DNA of 64,000 nt from an uncultured Verrucomicrobiae bacterium (GCA_963702845.1 OY969763.1:4320001-4384000), one strand, 5' to 3'. Shown: positions 49,783 to 59,748, counted from the stretch's first letter. Numbers and translations: made by a program. Notes: generated by a model from the letters alone, not told the origin.

Positions 49783-50778
49783 GTGTCGCAACGCAAATCC
49801 ATTTTGATCGTTGGCGTTGGCTCGATTGGCGAACGGCACTTGCGCTGTTTTCAATCAACTTCGAGAGCAGATGTTTCATTTTGCGAACTGAATCCGGCTT
49901 TACGAACAACAATCGCTGAGCGTTACAAGGTAAGTAGATCATTCGACGATTTCGGACGTGCGTTGGATGAAGGACCAGATGCGGTTGTTATTTGCACACC
50001 AGCTCACTTGCATATCGAAATGGCCTTGGCTGCAGTGAGAAATGGCATCCACGTTTTTATCGAAAAGCCTTTGAGCACGACGCTGGACGGCATTGATGTT
50101 CTCAGTAAAGAAATTTCCGAACGCAAACTCGTGGCTGCAGTCGCTTATGTGTATCGAGCGCACCCTGCGCTGACGGCGATGCGTGCGGCCATTCGTAGCG
50201 GACGATTCGGCGAGCCAGTGCAAATTGTCGCGACGGCTGGACAGCATTTTCCATTTTATCGCCCGGCATATCGCGACACGTATTATAAAAGTCATCTTAC
50301 CGGCGGCGGTGCCGTGCAAGATGCTTTGACTCACATCGTTAATGCCGCCGAATGGCTTGTTGGACCAGTGACGGAATTGGTCGCCGACGCTGCGCATCAA
50401 GTTCTCGAAGGTGTCGAAGTCGAAGACACCGTTCACCTCATCACTCGCCATAAGAATGTTCTCGGCGCGTTTACGTTGAACCAGCACCAGGCACCGAATG
50501 AATCTTCGTTGACCGTCGTCTGCAAAAACGGAACTGCCCGATTCGAGATGCACAACAATCGCTGGCGCTGGCAAACTCAGCCGGGTGACAACTGGCACGA
50601 CGAACCTGCGGCCACGCTGGAACGCGACATGCTTTTTACGCTCCAAGCCGAATCATTTTTGCAGGCGCTCGACGGAATGCATCAACCGCTTTGCAGTTTG
50701 GAAGACGGTCTCCAAACGTTGCGCGTGAACTTAAGCATTTTGCGTTCGATGGAGACGCGCAGTTGGCAAAAACTTTAA
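49783..50778 (+). CDS. Gfo/Idh/MocA oxidoreductase
   Basis: GVGSIGERH, CTPAHLH, EKP, GGGAVQDALTH. Confidence 0.9.
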   Translation: MSQRKSILIVGVGSIGERHLRCFQSTSRADVSFCELNPALRTTIAERYKVSRSFDDFGRALDEGPDAVVICTPAHLHIEMALAAVRNGIHVFIEKPLSTTLDGIDVLSKEISERKLVAAVAYVYRAHPALTAMRAAIRSGRFGEPVQIVATAGQHFPFYRPAYRDTYYKSHLTGGGAVQDALTHIVNAAEWLVGPVTELVADAAHQVLEGVEVEDTVHLITRHKNVLGAFTLNQHQAPNESSLTVVCKNGTARFEMHNNRWRWQTQPGDNWHDEPAATLERDMLFTLQAESFLQALDGMHQPLCSLEDGLQTLRVNLSILRSMETRSWQKL

Positions 50779-50784
50779 ACCGCG

Positions 50785-51582
50785 ATGAACAACGAACCAT
50801 CCGTTCAAAAACTTTTTGATCTGTCGGGGCGCACTGCACTCTTGACCGGTGCCAGCGGCCATCTCGGACGTTCCATGGCCGATGCACTCGCTGAAGCAGG
50901 TGCTCGCGTCATCGTCGCCAGTCGCAATGCCAAAACAGGCGCAAAGGTCGCCAGCGCGTTGGCCGGAACGGAACGCGGAAAACACTTCGCTGTGGTCATG
51001 GACCACATGGATGAGAGTTCGATCCATGCTGGTTTCGATAGCGCCGTGCGCGATGCCGGAAAAGTCGATATTGTGGTCTGCAACGGCCATGAAGCCCTCG
51101 GCAAAGATCTGAGCTCCGTTACTGGTGCGGAGTTCAACCGCCAGTTACAAAACGCCACCGGTTATTTTCTTCTGGCCCGAAAATTTCACGGCCAAATCGT
51201 CCGGCAAAAATCTCAGGGCAGTATCATCATGGTCGGCTCGATGTACGGCGTCGTCGGGTCGTACCCGGAAAGTTACGCAGGCATCGGCCCCGCAAATCCT
51301 GTCGCGTATCAGACTCTCAAAGGAGGCATCATTCAGATGGTACGGCATCTCGCCGTTTATTGGGCGCTCGATGGCATTCGGGTCAATTGCTTGAGCCCTG
51401 GGCCATTTCCCTCGTCAGCCGCGTCACCGGAACTGGTTCGCCGACTGAAAAAGCACTCACCGATGCGTCGCATGGGCCGATCGCATGAGCTCAAGGGCGC
51501 CCTAGTTTTTCTCGCCTCGGACGCCAGCAGTTATGTCACAGGCCAAAATCTGCTCGTTGACGGCGGTTGGACAGCCTGGTGA
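50785..51582 (+). CDS. SDR oxidoreductase
   Basis: TGASGHLG, SMYG, YQTLK, VNCLSPG, VDGG. Confidence 0.92.
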   Translation: MNNEPSVQKLFDLSGRTALLTGASGHLGRSMADALAEAGARVIVASRNAKTGAKVASALAGTERGKHFAVVMDHMDESSIHAGFDSAVRDAGKVDIVVCNGHEALGKDLSSVTGAEFNRQLQNATGYFLLARKFHGQIVRQKSQGSIIMVGSMYGVVGSYPESYAGIGPANPVAYQTLKGGIIQMVRHLAVYWALDGIRVNCLSPGPFPSSAASPELVRRLKKHSPMRRMGRSHELKGALVFLASDASSYVTGQNLLVDGGWTAW

Positions 51583-51590
51583 CGTTTTGT

Positions 51591-52871
51591 TTATTGCGCT
51601 TTCGCCGGCGCGTAACGTTCCACTCGCACTTTGGCGGTGATCGCATGCGCCAGCATCCGTTCCACATTGCATTGACGCTCCGTGACCTTTCCCACTTCGA
51701 CACTCGCAGCGGACGTCATCCGCTGGTAGGTGCACGTCTTCAGGAATTTGCCCACCCAAACTCCGCCGGTATATCGCGCTGCGCGGCTGGTCGGTAGAAT
51801 GTGATTCGTCCCGATCGATTTGTCCCCATACGCAACGGTCGTTTCCTCTCCGATAAACAACGAACCGAAATTGGTCAGATGACCAAAGTAATAGTCCGTA
51901 TCCTCAACATGCAGTTCCAGATGTTCCGGTGCATAATCATCGCTCAGTTCGACTGCTTCTTCCGGCGATTCGGCCACGTGCACGATTCCATTGTCGCGCC
52001 ACGATAACGCCGCGATCTCTTGCGTCGGCAACACCGCCAATTGTTTTTCCACTTCAGCCAACGTCTTTTGCGCGAAGGCTTCGCTCAAACAAATCAAATA
52101 ACCGCCACTGTTGGGATCGTGCTCTGCCTGCCCCAACAAATCACACGCGACCAACGCCGGATCCGCCGAATCATCCGCGATGATTGCGATCTCCGTCGGA
52201 CCGGCCAAAAGATCGATGCCGCAACGGCCGAACAATTGTCGCTTGGCTTCCGCGACAAATTTATTGCCAGCGCCACACAGAATATCGACAGGTTTGACCC
52301 CTTCCAATCCAAACGCCATCAACGCTAACGCGGGCACTCCGCCAAGAATAAAGATGCGATCGGCGCCCGCGGTCTTCATCGCATTGATCGTGGCGGGAAA
52401 CCAGCCTTCACCTTTGACCGGTGGAGTGCAGGCAACAACCGTTTTTACGCCGGCAACTTTCGCTGGAATAATACTCATCTGCGCAGAGCCAAACATCGGG
52501 TAGCGGCTGCCCGGAATATAACCGCCGACTGAATTCACCGGGATATGTTTATGTCCCAGCATCACTCCCGGACGGATCTCCACTTCTAGCGGCAGCAGTG
52601 TTTTCAATTGCGCATGGGCGAACCGGCGAACGTTGCCCTGACAAAATTCAGTATCCGTAACCACCTGTTCCGGCAGCGTGTCGATGATGGACGCGACCTG
52701 CTTCGCCGACAGCTCGTAGGATGACGGCGACCATTGATCGAACTGCTGACTGTAGCGCCGGACTGCATCCATCCCGTCGCGCTCCAATTCCCGCAACATT
52801 TCCGAAACCACTCGGGCTGTTTCAGGATCGTTTTCAAACAAACGATGGCGTCCGGCTTTAATCACTTTCAT
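51591..52871 (-). CDS. Histidinol dehydrogenase-family paralog (HpsN-like)
   Basis: GYIPG.RYP, GAGNKFV, AGPTE, QAEH, APEHL, YGDKSIGTNHILPT; ATG 52871. Confidence 0.85.
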   Translation of the reverse strand: MKVIKAGRHRLFENDPETARVVSEMLRELERDGMDAVRRYSQQFDQWSPSSYELSAKQVASIIDTLPEQVVTDTEFCQGNVRRFAHAQLKTLLPLEVEIRPGVMLGHKHIPVNSVGGYIPGSRYPMFGSAQMSIIPAKVAGVKTVVACTPPVKGEGWFPATINAMKTAGADRIFILGGVPALALMAFGLEGVKPVDILCGAGNKFVAEAKRQLFGRCGIDLLAGPTEIAIIADDSADPALVACDLLGQAEHDPNSGGYLICLSEAFAQKTLAEVEKQLAVLPTQEIAALSWRDNGIVHVAESPEEAVELSDDYAPEHLELHVEDTDYYFGHLTNFGSLFIGEETTVAYGDKSIGTNHILPTSRAARYTGGVWVGKFLKTCTYQRMTSAASVEVGKVTERQCNVERMLAHAITAKVRVERYAPAKAQ

Positions 52872-53158
52872 GCGAGGAAAAATACAAAGAAAACTGCGAA
52901 TGCCAAACATGTATCCGTCACGTCTCTCTAATGTGATTATATGTAAATACTTAACGCCTTTCGACCGCCTCCACGCTGGCCGTAATTGCAATGGTGGCGA
53001 CATTCAACGTCGAGAGGACCATCACTCATGCCGATCCACCGAGGACCAGGCCCCGCTTAGCAGAATAAACTACGTGAAAACGCTACCGCCAGGGTAGCTA
53101 CACCGAAGACGAAAATCGCTACGGAAACGATTGGGTCATTGGAAAACCGTGCCCAATT

Positions 53159-53197
53159 TTGGCACTGGTGCTGTTCCAATAACAGCACCAGTGCCAA
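53159..53197. repeat. Perfect 17-bp inverted repeat
   Basis: ttggcactggtgctgtt-ccaat-aacagcaccagtgccaa. Confidence 0.9.
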
Positions 53198-53451
53198 GGC
53201 GGCCAAGCAGTATACCGTAGGCGGTTGCGTCACCCTTCTGGCGTTGTTTATCGTAACTCAGCCATCGGGTTTTAGAAGGCATTGAGGCCAGCAGGCGCGT
53301 ATCCAAACATTTTTCCCGTGAGGCCACCCCAGCCCTGCTTCCCGGAGAGGGTACACGCGGAAAAAACGCGGTCTGAGGCATTCCATTTTCGCGAGCGCTT
53401 TGGAATGCGGCCCATCTCCTATTTCTCGGCGGAAAGTGAATCGGCCGTGCC

Positions 53452-53802
53452 GCCTGATTTGCGAACGCAATGCTGACGCAAACCGCATTACAGCCTGCTT
53501 GTCTGTACAACGGGGGAGCTGCCGACGTGTAGCCAGCCGTAATTCACTATTTACTTCCGTGACACGTTTTTGCTGTCACGGCATCAAAGGCAATGGTGCC
53601 CTCGTAAACAAAGGGGTGTCACGCTGTCACGGTTCGAGAGCCCCGTCACGTGATAAGACTCTCACTAGACGACTACGCCACGGTAACACGCGCGGAGCTC
53701 AGGCCAGACCGGATCATTTTTTCAAAATTCTTTGAGGCCAGCAGACGCGTATACGCACATTTTCCGGCGCCCCCCCAACCCCGCTTACCAGGGGGAGGAG
53801 GT
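53452..53802 (+). repeat. ~355-bp diverged non-coding direct repeat, copy 2
   Basis: Colinear with 28258-28616; identical blocks 53592-53637 and 53723-53746. Confidence 0.92.
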
Positions 53803-54633
53803 GCAACGCGAAAACTGGCCAAACCAGCCGTTTCGCGTTGTTGCATATCCGACTGTGAGGCCGCCAACCGAATATCGGTCGGGCTAAACGAACCGCGATG
53901 AAAGCTCCCCCTCTTCTTTAAAATTATGTTGTTCGTGCGCCGCTTTCTGGCTGCGTCGGTGTAAGTGGGGCGCCTGGCTGACAAAGCTCCCAACCGGAAT
54001 AGACTACGATCCGCGAGGTGTGCGCATCGAAGTCGATAACGGCTAAATCGGCCAAACCCCCGATCACGTTGTCGTCGGCAATGGCGACCGTCGTTAAAAA
54101 GTTCCTGAATCCAGAGCCACCGCGTGATAGCTCTGAGCCTCTCAAATGTCGCATCCGACACAGCAATTCAATCGCCGACAGTGGAAATACACCAAGGTGC
54201 GGCGGAGTGGACACGATAAGACTCACGTTCATCCGGCTAATTCGCAGGCGGAGGTTGCCGGGCCCTCAATTCGCAAATATCAAGAAACCTGATCGCGCTG
54301 ATGAAGGCGCGTAATACACGAACGTTTTCGTAAACGCTCTGGTCAAAGAGACGTGCGAAGTGGCCGCAATGATGGGCAATGAGATTTTAATGAAGCGAGT
54401 TGTGAGCCAATGTCGCGAACGAAAACTCTCCAACGCGGGTTCCTCGGATGGATTTTGCAAAGCGAGGCGCTGCTCTTAGGCGTGTTTTTCCGCGAAGTCG
54501 GCGATACGAGCGCGTTTTTTTGTGGGTGCATTGCCCTGCTTCAGAACCCGAAAAAGGGGACAGGCAAACTTTTTCTCAACCACAACTAAAACACAAACCT
54601 CAACGAAACGCCTGATTTAATTGATTAAAAAAG

Positions 54634-54710
54634 TGGTGCATCCGACAGGACTTGAACCTGTAACCTTCTGATCCGAAGTCAGAAGCTCTATCCAATTGAG
54701 CTACGGATGC
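54634..54710 (-). tRNA. tRNA-Arg(TCG)
   Basis: Reverse complement GCATCCGTAGCTCAATTGGATAGAGCTTCTGACTTCGGATCAGAAGGTTACAGGTTCAAGTCCTGTCGGATGCACCA; anticodon loop CT-TCG-GA. Confidence 0.96.
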
Positions 54711-54744
54711 GTCCTATCTATCAGAACAGAAATCGCAGACTGTG

Positions 54745-56244
54745 TCAAAACGTCAGGGCTGAAATGCACCGATGCTCAATTTCTGACCAGGAGAAATCGG
54801 TTTGCTGCTCTGGTGCTTTTTTGTACTCGCGGTCAATCGGCAACGCCGCGGGCGCAAGTGGGGTTGCGTTACCCTGACAAACAGAGCGCGAACTTAGATG
54901 AAAGTTTTCGCCGGGCCCGTCAACGAACGCAGGGGTTGAATCCAGGACACTCGTCTTTTCACCGCGAATAATCGCGTCCTTTGCTTCGGCCACCTGACGG
55001 AAGCCGGGTTTTAAAAAGTTATTGTTCAGTTGCAAGATGCCTTTGCCATAGCGCATCAACACCAGCGATTTCCCGCCGACTTCGGTGAAAAAGATGTTAT
55101 TGCGCGCATCGCAAATTTCGTCATTGCTCGAAATCCAAAAGAGCTGCGTTCCATCTTTCTTCGTCGAGACAACGGTATTGTTATAAAAATACAGCGTGCC
55201 CTTGCGGTAAGTGCTGGCCTTAGGCCCATCGCCTCCGTAGTGAACGACTTGCGCATGCCCCGGCCCGCCGCGCTTGATGAGCACGTTGCCATAAACGAAA
55301 GTCTGGCGATAACGCGGGTCCTCACGGAGGATCTTGCTGTCCTCAGCATCGACTAAATCGAGCACTTTGTCGCCGCCATCGAACCAATTGTAGCGAATGA
55401 CGCAGGCCGACGAGCGGTCCTTCAGATTGTTGGAAACAGCGCCTTTGCGCAGGGGACCAAACCAATTGTTTTGAAACGTAATCCCTTTCGCTTCGGTGTA
55501 GGCATTATGTTCGTACCCGCTGGGATCACCGTTGTCAAAGATGTGACAGCTTTCGACCAGGATGTCTTCGGCGGCATATTTGTCGTTGGAACTGACGACT
55601 AATCCGTTGCCGGAATTGCGCAGAGTGCAGTTGCGGATGATCAGATGTTCGCAGTGTTCAACCCAAAGCGCGGCAGCATTGCGGACGTATTTTTCCACGT
55701 TCCCTTTGCCGTCAGTGAAGCTGAACGCAGGACGCCCGCTGGTGATGTCGAGGTTCTCGATAACGATCCACTTCGAACCGATTTTGTTGGCATTCCGCGC
55801 GCCGCCGATCTTAACAACCCCGCGCGACTCGCCCCAGTAATCACAATTTTTGCTGGTCGTTGCATCTTCCCCATCAATCACGGGTAATGCTCCGTTCGGG
55901 CCTGCCACGCCACGGATCGTGGTAGGCGCTTTTTCGGTTCCTTCGACAGCAATGACCCATTTATTTTTGTAAGGTTCACTGCGCCAATGAATCAAAACAG
56001 TATCGCCCGCTTGCAGCCTGTCCCATGGAACGTCGTTTGGCGTTTTTAGCTTTGCACTCGGGCCAACTTCGTAGGTCGCCGGCGAATGCGACTTTTCAGC
56101 AGGTGCAACCGGAGCAGCGGCTTGCGTCGGCGCCGCAGCCGCAGAAGTCTCGATTGGTGCATTTACCACCGCTGTGTTGCAAGCGCACACGAACAATGCA
56201 GCTGGCAAAAACTTCCACCAATTGGACTTAAAATTTGAGTTCAT
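54745..56244 (-). CDS. Right-handed beta-helix (pectin lyase-like) lipoprotein
   Basis: Lipobox-like VCAC; LQAGDTVLI, repeated I.N..F/I.NN strands. Probable homopolymer slip near 54820 (alternate frame ends LSIGAFQP). Confidence 0.8.
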   Translation of the reverse strand: MNSNFKSNWWKFLPAALFVCACNTAVVNAPIETSAAAAPTQAAAPVAPAEKSHSPATYEVGPSAKLKTPNDVPWDRLQAGDTVLIHWRSEPYKNKWVIAVEGTEKAPTTIRGVAGPNGALPVIDGEDATTSKNCDYWGESRGVVKIGGARNANKIGSKWIVIENLDITSGRPAFSFTDGKGNVEKYVRNAAALWVEHCEHLIIRNCTLRNSGNGLVVSSNDKYAAEDILVESCHIFDNGDPSGYEHNAYTEAKGITFQNNWFGPLRKGAVSNNLKDRSSACVIRYNWFDGGDKVLDLVDAEDSKILREDPRYRQTFVYGNVLIKRGGPGHAQVVHYGGDGPKASTYRKGTLYFYNNTVVSTKKDGTQLFWISSNDEICDARNNIFFTEVGGKSLVLMRYGKGILQLNNNFLKPGFRQVAEAKDAIIRGEKTSVLDSTPAFVDGPGENFHLSSRSVCQGNATPLAPAALPIDREYKKAPEQQTDFSWSEIEHRCISALTF

Positions 56245-56245
56245 A

Positions 56246-57502
56246 TCACGGGAACAGTCCGCGGATTTTCTTGGCTTCATGAACGCGTTTGATGCCTAAC
56301 GTTAATGCCGCGCGACGCATCGGGATTTTTTGTTTCTTGGCCAGCGCCAATGTTTGTGAAAACGCGGTTTCCAAAATGCGGAAGAGCTTGTCCATCACCT
56401 CGGTTTCGCTCCAGAAAAAGCTCTGTAAATCTTGCACCCATTCAAAGTAAGACACCACAACGCCGCCCGCGTTGCAGAGAATGTCAGGAATAACGAAAAT
56501 TTCCGGACGTTGTTCGATGATCCTGTCCGCAGCCGGCGTTGTGGGCCCATTGGCAGCTTCCGCGAGGATGCGGCATTTTATTTTAGCCGCGTTGTCGTGG
56601 GTAATTTGCCGTTCAAGCGCGGCGGGCACGAGAATTTCGCACGGCAGCTCCAACAACTCCTGGTTCGAGACGGCTTGCGCTTCACCGAAACCAGCTACGC
56701 TGCTGGTCTTGGCCACGTGGTCGTCGAGCTTCCACAGATCGATGCCTTTTTCGTTGTAAACACCACCAAACGCGTCACTGACGGCGATCACTTTGACTCC
56801 GTATTTCGCCAATGAAAATGCAGTGACCGAACCGACGTTGCCAAACCCTTGAACAACCGCGCGACAGGCGGTCGGGGCAAGGCCGATTACGTCGAGTGCG
56901 CGATTAATAAGATAACTGACCCCACGACCAGTCGCTTCGCGTCGTCCGAGCGAACCGCCGATGCTGACCGGTTTACCGGTGACAATTCCCGGAACCGTAT
57001 AGCCAGTGTGGACCGAATACGTGTCCATCATCCAAGCCATTATCTGTTCGTTCGTGCCCATATCGGGCGCCATGACATCGACCTTTTCGCCGATGAACGG
57101 GATCATTTCCTGAGTGTAACGACGGGTGAGACGTTCAAGCTCCTGTTGCGAAAGTTTTCGCGGATCACACGTTACCCCGCCCTTGGCACCGCCGTAGGGC
57201 AAACCGGTGAGAGCGCATTTCCAACTCATCCACATGGCCAGGGCCGCGACTTCCCCGAGCGTCACGTCTGGATGATAGCGCAGCCCGCCTTTCGTCGGAC
57301 CGAGCGTGAGGTGATGTTGAACGCGGTAACCAGTGAACATCCGCGTACTGCCGTCGTCGCAGTGAATCGGAAGGGCGACGGTCATCGAGCGCTTTGGATA
57401 CTTTAGCCGGTCGCGATCGTTTGTGGGAATCTGCAGGTGATCGGCAACAAGGTCGAACTGCTCACAAGCCATCCGGAATGTCGGATGATCGTAAATTTCC
57501 AT
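56246..57502 (-). CDS. gdhA: Glu/Leu/Phe/Val dehydrogenase (glutamate dehydrogenase)
   Basis: GPTKGGLRY, LPYGGAKGG, APDMGT, QGFGNVG, EAANGP, NAGGVVVSYFEW. Confidence 0.92.
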   Translation of the reverse strand: MEIYDHPTFRMACEQFDLVADHLQIPTNDRDRLKYPKRSMTVALPIHCDDGSTRMFTGYRVQHHLTLGPTKGGLRYHPDVTLGEVAALAMWMSWKCALTGLPYGGAKGGVTCDPRKLSQQELERLTRRYTQEMIPFIGEKVDVMAPDMGTNEQIMAWMMDTYSVHTGYTVPGIVTGKPVSIGGSLGRREATGRGVSYLINRALDVIGLAPTACRAVVQGFGNVGSVTAFSLAKYGVKVIAVSDAFGGVYNEKGIDLWKLDDHVAKTSSVAGFGEAQAVSNQELLELPCEILVPAALERQITHDNAAKIKCRILAEAANGPTTPAADRIIEQRPEIFVIPDILCNAGGVVVSYFEWVQDLQSFFWSETEVMDKLFRILETAFSQTLALAKKQKIPMRRAALTLGIKRVHEAKKIRGLFP

Positions 57503-57581
57503 GGCACGTCAATGTAAGGTTGGGGCCGCTTGAAAGTCGAGTGCTCGTCTTGCGATTTTCCGAGCGAAATTTGCCCGTCTG

Positions 57582-59048
57582 TCAACGAGATGAATGTTCA
57601 CTCAAGTCATAACACGCCATCTCAACCGCATTACGCACAAAAATTCTGCCATCAGCGATCGCCGGATAATTCCAGGTTTTGCCTTCAATTGCCTGAAATC
57701 GTGCAAGCTCTTCGAATGCGTTCGGGTCCGCTTTGACCAACGCCAACTCACCGGAACCGCTCAACACAATCAGCTGCGCATCGTGACTCTGCGGATTCAC
57801 GGTGAGCAAAACCTGCCCGTAACCGTAGCGCCCGTCCTTCCACTTACGCTCGCCCGTGTTCGCGTCGAGGCAGGTTAAAATGTCTTCGTCCAATCCGTAG
57901 ATAAATCCGTTCCAGTAAATCGAGCTGGTAAATTTATTTTTCAGATTCTTGTTCTTCCATAACATCTGCGGAGCCAATTCGTTCCCGGTTGAAGTGAGTT
58001 CGATCTCCATGCAACCAGTTGCGTAACCTGCGGACATCACGATGCGATTCGTTGCAACGATTATCGGTTGTGCAATGGGAGTTTGCTCGTTTCCGACGTG
58101 CCACGGATATTGCCACAGCAACTTCCCATCGCTCGGGTCAAGACCCATGACGCGGGTGAAACTGACGTTTAGAATCTGACGCTTTCCAGCGAGCGTTGTG
58201 ATCACCGGAGACGTATAGGATTGCTTGTCATCGAGCACGTGCCACAACAGCGCACCAGTCTCTTTGTTGTATGCGATGACCGACTTTTTGTTTGAGCCGC
58301 CGGCAGTGACAATCACCTTGTCATCGACAATGAGCGGTGACGCAGCGATCCCATAGGTCAAAACCTCGCCGCCGTTTTCGACAATGATGTCGTGTTTCCA
58401 AATCGTTTTTCCGCTCGCGGCATCCAGGCATCGGAATTCGCCGCGACCGCCGAGCGCGTAAATCTTACCCTCATCATACGTGGGCGTCGCCCGCGGCCCT
58501 TCCCCACCGATCGGCTCTTCAAATTTCGCCTGCCATTTGTGCGCCCACACTTCACGACCGCTTTGAACATCATACGCCGTGACCACCTCGTCCTCGCGCC
58601 GCTGCTCAATCGTATAAGCGCGCCCCTCGGCCACAGCAAATGACGCGTAGCCTCCACCGACCGGTTGCCGCCAAATTTTTGGCAAACCTTCCTTCGGCCA
58701 ATTCGTGGATATAGCCGACTGCGCATAAACGCCATCACGGTTGGGTCCACGGAAGTTTGTCCAGTAAGGCTTAGGAAAATGATTCGTCGACGCGGCGATT
58801 TTGGGCTGATGCGCGCGGCTGGACTCGAGTCGCGTGTAATCAGGCAATGTTTTGGAAAACGTGATCGCGGGCAAATAACCACCGCGCCACTCGACCACGT
58901 CGATTCCCAACTCGAAGTACAAAAAGCAAACGATCGCCGCAACGTAGAGGATCGAAAAAATCGGAATATAGATTGTGCCCAGGATTTTCCTGCGCAACCG
59001 CACTTCCTTGCTGCGCCACAACAACACCAACGCAAGAGGCGGAAACAA
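57582..59048 (-). CDS. PQQ-like beta-propeller membrane protein; true start probably ATG ~59114 with an indel
   Basis: WTNFRGPNRDG, GPRATP, ASPLI, SYTSP, TWNYPAIADG. Confidence 0.85.
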   Translation of the reverse strand: MFPPLALVLLWRSKEVRLRRKILGTIYIPIFSILYVAAIVCFLYFELGIDVVEWRGGYLPAITFSKTLPDYTRLESSRAHQPKIAASTNHFPKPYWTNFRGPNRDGVYAQSAISTNWPKEGLPKIWRQPVGGGYASFAVAEGRAYTIEQRREDEVVTAYDVQSGREVWAHKWQAKFEEPIGGEGPRATPTYDEGKIYALGGRGEFRCLDAASGKTIWKHDIIVENGGEVLTYGIAASPLIVDDKVIVTAGGSNKKSVIAYNKETGALLWHVLDDKQSYTSPVITTLAGKRQILNVSFTRVMGLDPSDGKLLWQYPWHVGNEQTPIAQPIIVATNRIVMSAGYATGCMEIELTSTGNELAPQMLWKNKNLKNKFTSSIYWNGFIYGLDEDILTCLDANTGERKWKDGRYGYGQVLLTVNPQSHDAQLIVLSGSGELALVKADPNAFEELARFQAIEGKTWNYPAIADGRIFVRNAVEMACYDLSEHSSR

Positions 59049-59187
59049 AAACGTTGCAACGCGAATCGCCCTGAGTGATTGGAATTTTTTCAGTGCCCGC
59101 TCCTTTGCGCCATGATTCTCCCAACGCTCTTTAGATGCAACTCCAGAGAGGCTTTCGGTTTTCCCGGCGGCGGGATAGATTTCAATA

Positions 59188-59748
59188 GTGCGCGCGTTTA
59201 TCGCAATTCATCCGAGTGCTAAAGTGGTCGAACGATTGGCCGACTTGCGCGCCAAGTTAGAATCCGATTTACCCACTTCAGCGGTGCGCTGGAGCGATCA
59301 ACTGCACCTCACGACTCAGTTCCTTGGCACGATCGATGATGCGCGCGTGAAAGAATACGGAGCCGCCGTTCAAAAAGCGTGTGCTGGCATAAAACCGTTC
59401 ACCCTCTGTTGCTCTGGTATCGGTTGTTTCCCAACTGCCCACCAACCGCGTGTCATCTGGGCCGGATTAAGCGGCGAGTTAGAACCATTGCGCACACTAA
59501 AAAACGCCCTCGATAAACTGCTCGGTCAACTGGGCTACGTCCCCGAAACGCGCGCCTTCAAACCACACCTGACCATCGCCCGCGTTCGCCAACTCAATGC
59601 CAGGCAACGTCAACGTATGCCGAAAATCGTGGAACAGTTCCACGACACCGCGTTTGGCGAATGGCGCGTAGACCGCATCGAATTGATGCAAAGCCTTCTC
59701 TCACCGAAAGGTGCGCAATACAAAGTTGTCGAATTCGTTGAGCTTTAA
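59188..59748 (+). CDS. thpR: RNA 2',3'-cyclic phosphodiesterase (2H family)
   Basis: MRAFIAI, HLTTQFLG, PRVIWAG, PHLTIAR. Confidence 0.9.
   Translation: MRAFIAIHPSAKVVERLADLRAKLESDLPTSAVRWSDQLHLTTQFLGTIDDARVKEYGAAVQKACAGIKPFTLCCSGIGCFPTAHQPRVIWAGLSGELEPLRTLKNALDKLLGQLGYVPETRAFKPHLTIARVRQLNARQRQRMPKIVEQFHDTAFGEWRVDRIELMQSLLSPKGAQYKVVEFVEL

Larger units (their letters stand above)
26723..54674. mobile_element. ~28-kb genomic island integrated in tRNA-Arg(TCG)
   Basis: Bounded by the tRNA 3' half and its direct-repeat copy; integrase fragment at the distal end. Confidence 0.85.

Noticed and set aside
53136..54531. Short ORFs between the HisD paralog and tRNA-Arg
   Set aside because: No family motifs, several overlap the non-coding repeat, and their frames are not preserved in repeat copy 1
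26723..54674. Prophage or ICE
   Set aside because: No capsid, terminase, tail, relaxase or type IV secretion genes recognised
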